A DNA stretch of 64,000 nt, taken from contig JALVSY010000007.1 of assembly GCA_027036135.1 (NCBI GenBank), forward strand, positions 36,880-100,879, written 5' to 3'. Below are positions 58,713 to 64,000 of the stretch, piece by piece. The DNA comes from Pyrodictiaceae archaeon. GTDB taxonomy: Archaea; Thermoproteota; Thermoprotei_A; Sulfolobales; Pyrodictiaceae. The notes beneath the pieces were generated by a model. That model had not been told where the DNA came from. It searched no databases and saw only the letters and a program-made list of their open reading frames with translations. Position numbers and translations under genes: made by a program. Numbering within the stretch: position 1 is the stretch's first letter; each line of letters begins with the position of its first letter.

Positions 58713-58889
58713 CATCTCTCACAATCACAATACGTTTCTTCCTTTAGTACTATATTACTAGCTGCTTACTTGTTCCTTGGTTGCTGATGGTGTTGTGCCC
58801 TTGTTTTGGGACTGGTTAACTATTTCCAAGATTTCGGTAGATTTGAGTGAAACCAGTTATAAAAAAAGGGTACACGGGGTATTGTATAG

Positions 58890-59540
58890 GTGGAGGCTCC
58901 TCGATCTATGCCCATGTCGCCTAGCCACCCCGTTATTGATTCTCTCAGCGCCTTGAGGGAGACTACTGAGCTAAGGTTCCATGGCCGTGGAGGACAGGGC
59001 GCTGTTACTGCCGCATCTATACTGGTTCAGGCAGCACTGCTGGAGGGTAAGTGGGGCCAGGCTATCCCTAGCTTCGGTGCCGAGCGTAGAGGCGCACATG
59101 TACTAGCGTTCGCGAGGATTGCTCCCCGGCCGGTACCGGTTCATAGCATGGTTAGGAGACCCGATGTACTAGTCGTCCTCGACCCCGGCCTGCTCATGGT
59201 TGAGCGCGACAGAGTCCTCGCGGGCATTAAGCCAGGGGTAAAAATAGTAGCTAACCTCCCCGAGCCAATCGACCTAGGGGGCATAGGGGCCAGGCTATAC
59301 GTGGTCAATGCCACCAGGATTGCTAAGGAGCTCGGCCTCGTCGTGGCGGGGTGGCCCGTGGTTAACACCGCTATGCTCGGCGCACTAGCGAGGGCTACCG
59401 GGCTCGTCTCAATAGACGCTGTTATGGAGGCTATCCGGTTGTTCTGGGAAGCGAGGCCAAAGATAGCTGAGGCCAACGCTATGGCGGCGAAGAGGGCTTA
59501 CGAGGAGCTACAAGAGGTAACGAGTACAAGGCACGACTAA
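58890..59540 (+). CDS. porC: pyruvate/2-ketoisovalerate:ferredoxin oxidoreductase gamma subunit
   Basis: RFHGRGGQGAVTA, FGAERRGA, VNTAMLGA; substrate not resolvable from sequence. Confidence 0.9.
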   Translation: MEAPRSMPMSPSHPVIDSLSALRETTELRFHGRGGQGAVTAASILVQAALLEGKWGQAIPSFGAERRGAHVLAFARIAPRPVPVHSMVRRPDVLVVLDPGLLMVERDRVLAGIKPGVKIVANLPEPIDLGGIGARLYVVNATRIAKELGLVVAGWPVVNTAMLGALARATGLVSIDAVMEAIRLFWEARPKIAEANAMAAKRAYEELQEVTSTRHD

Positions 59541-59570
59541 GCCCTCCGCATTGTTTTCTTCACGCGTCTC

Positions 59571-59960
59571 TTGCCCCGGGTGGGGTGGTTCATGGCCGTG
59601 TCCGAGTCGGAGCAGAGGAGAGGAGTAGTAGCCGTAATCGAGCCTGGTGGCCACAAGCTCCCCTTATCGATGGCCGGGCCAGGTGCTATGGGTAAGACGG
59701 GTTATTGGAGAACCCAGCGCCCCGTGGTTAACTATGAGCGGTGTACTGGTTGCTACCTATGCTGGCTCTATTGCCCCGATAACGTGATAGAGATGGTGCC
59801 TGGTAAGGGGCCTCGTGGCCAAGACATACCGGTCATAGACTATGATTATTGTAAGGGCTGTGGCGTCTGCGCCGCTGTTTGTCCCGTTAAGGCGATAGAC
59901 ATGGTTGACGAGTCCAAGTTCCTGGCAAAGGAGAAGGAGGAGGGTGACGGGAATGCCTAA
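59571..59960 (+). CDS. porD: 2-oxoacid:ferredoxin oxidoreductase delta subunit
   Basis: TGYWRTQRP, CTGCYLCWLYCP, DYDYCKGCGVCAAVCP. Confidence 0.9.
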   Translation: MPRVGWFMAVSESEQRRGVVAVIEPGGHKLPLSMAGPGAMGKTGYWRTQRPVVNYERCTGCYLCWLYCPDNVIEMVPGKGPRGQDIPVIDYDYCKGCGVCAAVCPVKAIDMVDESKFLAKEKEEGDGNA

Positions 59961-61164
59961 GCTACTAGCTATGAGGGGTAACGAGGCTGTAGCATACGCC
60001 GCCAAGTACGCTAGGGTAGAGGTGGTCGCTGCTTACCCGATAACCCCGCAGACAATCATAGTGGAGAAGATAGACGAGCTAATATCCAAGGGCGAGATGG
60101 ATGCCGAGATGATACATGTTGAGAGCGAGCACAGCGCCCTAGCAGCGACCTACGGGGCAGCAGCTGGAGGCGTCCGAGCCTTCACTGCGACGAGTAGCCA
60201 CGGGCTCATGTACATGTACGAGGTACTGTGGTGGACAGCGGGTAGCAGGATACCAGTAGTAATGGCCGTCGTTACCAGGGCGATGGGGCCGCCGTGGAAT
60301 ATTCACGTGAGCCACGAGGACATACTAGCTACCCGCGACACCGGCTGGCTAGTCTCAATGGCCGAGAACAACCAGGAGGCATTCGACCTAACGCTCCAGA
60401 TGTTCAGGATAACGGAGGACCCGAGAGTCTACCTACCAGGCATAGTTGGCCTCGACGGCTTCATACTGAGCCATACTGTTGAGCCCGTGGAGCTACCCGA
60501 CCAAGAGACAGTGGACGAGTTCCTGCCACCGAGGAGACAGCCCTACGTAATGGAGCCAGGAGAGCCAAAAGCGATGGGCAACCTGGTGCCGGACGAGTAC
60601 TTCGAGGAGCTGAGAATGGATATGCAGCAGAGCATGGAGAACGCGGTAAAGGTTATCCGGGAGGTTGGCAGGGAGTACGCGAAGTACTTTGGCAGAGACT
60701 ATAGCGAGCTAGTAGAGTGCTACAAGTGCAGCGACGCGGACTACATAGTAGCCGGTACCGGGTCGTGGATGGGTGACGCCAAGATAGCTGCTGACAAGCT
60801 GAGAGAGAAGGGCTACAGGGTAGGAGTAATGAGGCTTCGCTGGATAAGGCCATTCCCCTGGAGCGATGTGAGAGAGGCGGCAATGAGCAAGAAAGCAGTA
60901 ATCGTGATGGATCGCAGCCTCTCAACTGGTCACGCCGGGCCACTCTTCCTAGAGCTTAGCAGCGCCCTAGAGGCAAAGCCAAGCATGATAGGAGTACCAG
61001 CGGGCATCGGTGGAGTCGATATATCCTACGAGGACATCGAGCGCTTCACCGAGAAGGCTATACAATTGGTAGAGGAGCACGGAAGAGTCTACATACCAGC
61101 GATGTGGTACCACCTAGGCAAGATTTTCCCCACCTACCCCTCGAGCAACGTCAAGCTAGACTAA
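59953..61164 (+). CDS. porA: 2-oxoacid:ferredoxin oxidoreductase alpha subunit
   Basis: AAYPITPQT, ESEHSA, TATSSHGL, DGFILSHT. Confidence 0.92.
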   Translation: MPKLLAMRGNEAVAYAAKYARVEVVAAYPITPQTIIVEKIDELISKGEMDAEMIHVESEHSALAATYGAAAGGVRAFTATSSHGLMYMYEVLWWTAGSRIPVVMAVVTRAMGPPWNIHVSHEDILATRDTGWLVSMAENNQEAFDLTLQMFRITEDPRVYLPGIVGLDGFILSHTVEPVELPDQETVDEFLPPRRQPYVMEPGEPKAMGNLVPDEYFEELRMDMQQSMENAVKVIREVGREYAKYFGRDYSELVECYKCSDADYIVAGTGSWMGDAKIAADKLREKGYRVGVMRLRWIRPFPWSDVREAAMSKKAVIVMDRSLSTGHAGPLFLELSSALEAKPSMIGVPAGIGGVDISYEDIERFTEKAIQLVEEHGRVYIPAMWYHLGKIFPTYPSSNVKLD

Positions 61165-61183
61165 CCCGTTGAGGTGACTCCCC

Positions 61184-62089
61184 GTGGCCGTGAACATTAA
61201 GAAGCTCCCCAAGAAACCATACGTGATACCGGGTCACGCCGCATGCCCAGGCTGCCCAGAGTCAATGGGGTTCAAGTACCTAGGCATGGCTCTCGGCGAC
61301 AAAGCAGTAGTAGTGATCCCCGCGGGCTGTAGCTCCGTCATCCAGGGCCTGTGGCCCCGGCAGGGCTTTGGGCTACCCATACTAAACATAGTATTCGCGG
61401 CAGCAGCCTCCACGGCGAGCGGGCTAGCTAGGGCGCTGAAGAGGAGGGGCGTTGACGCCCAGGTAGTTGTGTGGGCTGGTGACGGTGGCACAGCCGATAT
61501 AGGGTTCCAGGCGCTAAGCGCAGCAGCTGAGAGAGGCGAGGACATAATCTACATCTGTGTAGACAACGAGGCCTACATGAACACCGGTATACAGAGGAGC
61601 GGCCTAACACCCTACGGAGCATGGACCACGACGACCCATACCGGTAAGAAGCAGTTCAAGAAACCAATGCCACAGATAGTTGCTGCGCACCGAGTACCCT
61701 ATGTAGCAACGGCCAGCGTGGGCTACCCATGGGACTTCATAGCCAAGCTAAAGAAGGCAGCGAGCATAAGGGGCTTCAAGTACATCCACCTACACGCCCC
61801 CTGCCCCGTGGGGTGGAGATTCGACCCAAGCCTAACAGCAAAGATAGCCCAGCTAGCAGTAGAGACCGGTGCATGGATACTATACGAGTACGAGAACGGC
61901 AAACTAAGACTCAACCCGCCAAGCAACCGGCTCATAGACCCGAAGAAGAGGAAGCCAATAGAGGAGTACCTGAAGCTGCAGGGAAGGTTCCGCCACCTCA
62001 AGCCAGAGGACATAGAGATGATAAAGAAAGAGATAGAGACCAACTGGGAAGACATAATCCGAGCACTAAAAATACAAGGCGATCTCTAA
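61184..62089 (+). CDS. porB: 2-oxoacid:ferredoxin oxidoreductase beta subunit
   Basis: GHAACPGC, TPP motif GDGG...DNEAYMNTGIQRS, PCPVGW. Confidence 0.92.
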   Translation: MAVNIKKLPKKPYVIPGHAACPGCPESMGFKYLGMALGDKAVVVIPAGCSSVIQGLWPRQGFGLPILNIVFAAAASTASGLARALKRRGVDAQVVVWAGDGGTADIGFQALSAAAERGEDIIYICVDNEAYMNTGIQRSGLTPYGAWTTTTHTGKKQFKKPMPQIVAAHRVPYVATASVGYPWDFIAKLKKAASIRGFKYIHLHAPCPVGWRFDPSLTAKIAQLAVETGAWILYEYENGKLRLNPPSNRLIDPKKRKPIEEYLKLQGRFRHLKPEDIEMIKKEIETNWEDIIRALKIQGDL

Positions 62090-62244
62090 ACAACGATGCT
62101 ATAGACCTTCAGGGATTTTTACATCCGCTATCCCGGTAAACTCATAGCGCTTCTCTAGAGGGCGCTGAAGCGATAGGATGGAGAACATTTATCACCTTGT
62201 TACTCGCTTATCCTATCTTCTTATTCGGGGTAAGGGCGGTACTG

Positions 62245-62498
62245 ATGAGCTTAGCTAGGCAGATACGTGTCGGGAAAAGAAGAACAATTACTATACCGGA
62301 GAGTGTCGCAGAGGGATTAGGTATTAAGGAGGGCACTGTTCTAGAGCTACGCGTAGAGGATAATAAGATCATTTTGGTACTTGTGAGAGACGCAATAACG
62401 CTTTCTCTCCGGGGAGAAAATTCGCAAAAATCACCCTCAAGGAGCTAGAGGAGGAGAGTATAGAGCAGCAAAGGGGCTACATTAATGGAGAGAGCTAA
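62245..62498 (+). pseudogene. AbrB-type antitoxin, frameshifted
   Basis: RVGKRRTITIPESVAEGLGIKEG; tail FAKITLKELEEES lies in another frame from about 62420. Confidence 0.65.
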
Positions 62499-62944
62499 GT
62501 GCCGAGTACTAATTGATACTAGTTTTCTTCTTCCCGCTCTTGGCGTGGAAGTTGAGAAAAGTGTTATGTCAGCAATACCTCTATTCGGGAGACTAAGAGT
62601 CTATTATCTTGAAGCTGGTCTATTGGAGGCTCTCTGGAAGGTTTTTGAAAATTGTTCCGGAGAACAAGCTGGGCCTTGTAGAGACGGGTATTAGGGCTAT
62701 CCGAGCGACTTATCAAGTACTGGCTCCTCCGCCGAGGGCTTTTGTCAAGGCAATAAGACTTTATCGTAATGGGCATAGGGATTATATAGATGACTTGTAT
62801 TACGCGACGGCTTTGTTTACAGAGACGTCGTTTCTCACAATAGATTATAGCTTCATGGAGTTTCTTCGAGGCCGCGGATACCCGGTAGAAGGAGTCGTGA
62901 TTACTCCGATGCTCCGAGACTATATTAAAAGTTGCAGGGGCTAA
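62485..62944 (+). pseudogene. VapC/PIN toxin, frameshifted
   Basis: LIDTSFLLPALG in ORF 62485; GHRDYIDDLYYATA...LTID in ORF 62609; break at T5 62642-62646. Confidence 0.7.
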
Positions 62945-62955
62945 AAGAAAAGGGC

Positions 62956-63966
62956 TTAGTCTTCGTAGCCGTATTGTTTTCTTAGCTTCTTTGCTGCCTC
63001 GGCTATTGAGCGTAGTTTCTGCCTCGCTATCTCCCTGGGTAGTCTTTTGAGCCCGCAGTCTGGGTCTAGGTAGATTTTCTCCGGGCCTAGTATGTCTAGC
63101 TTCATGAGGCGCTCCACGGCCTCTATTATCTCGTCCACGGTCTCTACTCTTAGGCTGTGTACATCGACTACGCCATAGCCTAGTTCCTTGTTGAAGCCAT
63201 ACTCCTTGAGGTAGGGTAGTAGCTTGAAATCGGAGTTCTTGAACTCTAGGTCTATCTGGTCTACGGGGAACTCTAGTATGTAGGGTATGAGTTTCTCTAT
63301 TCTCCCGAAGCATATGTGTACAATCTTCTTGGCATCTATGCCCTTCAGCATCACGTCTAGGGCCTCTTTCACCAGCTCTGCCTCCCCTCTACGAGGCCTC
63401 GCGGGGAGGGCTGGCTCGTCTACCTGTACGTAGCGGGCTCCTCGCTTCACGAACTCCTCGATCTCTCTGCGGAGCACCCTTGCGAACTCGAGTACTAGTT
63501 CCCGGCGATCACCGTAATGGGTGTCGAAGCTCCAGTCAGCCATCGTGTAGGGCCCAGTTAGTATCGCCTTGACGGGCCTGCCCTGGGAGACGCTCTGAGC
63601 GTACTCCCAGTCCATAACAGCCATCGGGGCAACGTACTCTACCCTCTCGTGTACAACTGGTTTACGGAAGTAGACGTTATCGAATATCCTTACCCAGTCA
63701 CCTATCCTGTACCCCTTAAGCCTCTCAGCGAAGTAGACGACCATGTCCTCTCTGCTCTGCTCCCCGTCACTCAGTATATCGACGCCAGCCCACAGGTAGT
63801 CCTCGATAACCTTCTTTATAGCTGGCTTGACTCTCTCGTGGAACTCCTCCTCGCTTATAACACCCTTGCGCCTCAGCTTGATAGCCTCCTGGGCCTCCGG
63901 CATCTTAGGGTAACTACCAACAACCGTGACGGGAAAGGCCCTCGGGACACGATACTCCTGGGCCAA
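62956..63966 (-). CDS. metE: MetE-like methionine synthase (single catalytic domain, archaeal type)
   Basis: [37 protein letters not shown]. Confidence 0.9.
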   Translation of the reverse strand: MAQEYRVPRAFPVTVVGSYPKMPEAQEAIKLRRKGVISEEEFHERVKPAIKKVIEDYLWAGVDILSDGEQSREDMVVYFAERLKGYRIGDWVRIFDNVYFRKPVVHERVEYVAPMAVMDWEYAQSVSQGRPVKAILTGPYTMADWSFDTHYGDRRELVLEFARVLRREIEEFVKRGARYVQVDEPALPARPRRGEAELVKEALDVMLKGIDAKKIVHICFGRIEKLIPYILEFPVDQIDLEFKNSDFKLLPYLKEYGFNKELGYGVVDVHSLRVETVDEIIEAVERLMKLDILGPEKIYLDPDCGLKRLPREIARQKLRSIAEAAKKLRKQYGYED

Positions 63967-64000
63967 GACTTCTCTCCTCGGGCCACTCTAGCAAAACACT

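Noticed and set aside
1-64000. Transposase, integrase, cas genes, tRNA genes
   Set aside because: No DDE, tyrosine/serine recombinase, Cas or tRNA cloverleaf signatures recognised by eye; a tRNAscan/HMM run would be decisive

Overview
64-kb window from a hyperthermophilic crenarchaeon; gene content and codon style suggest Desulfurococcales/Pyrodictiaceae (inference). Core genes: a complete histidine cluster (hisC ... hisG-A-B-F-D-E-H-I, with HisI fused to a type I PRTase), asnS, aldehyde:ferredoxin oxidoreductase, a four-subunit 2-oxoacid:ferredoxin oxidoreductase, MetE-like methionine synthase, two B12-binding radical SAM enzymes, SfsA and SixA. About 20 intact or decayed toxin-antitoxin loci are interspersed (HEPN-MNT, VapBC, HicB, PemK/MazF-like, DUF6516/TumE-like, PaREP1). 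The most striking feature is a ~1.9-kb GC-rich, apparently non-coding segment (11393-13293) that folds back on itself end to end as an imperfect rod with side hairpins. Its mismatches are biased toward G-U pairs on the minus strand, and a TATA-like box and a U-rich end bracket it on that strand, so it is a candidate giant rod-shaped ncRNA. It lies beside a tandem duplication of a divergent wHTH/AbrB-like gene pair, each copy with its own palindromic operator. Other candidates: a low-GC island (16-aa two-Cys peptide, degenerate gluzincin-like protein, ABC exporter) that splits the his cluster, and a C/D-box sRNA predicted to guide methylation of the tRNA-Arg(UCU) wobble U. No CRISPR array, rRNA, tRNA, transposase or integrase was recognised. 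All calls come from reading motifs by eye; no database search was run.
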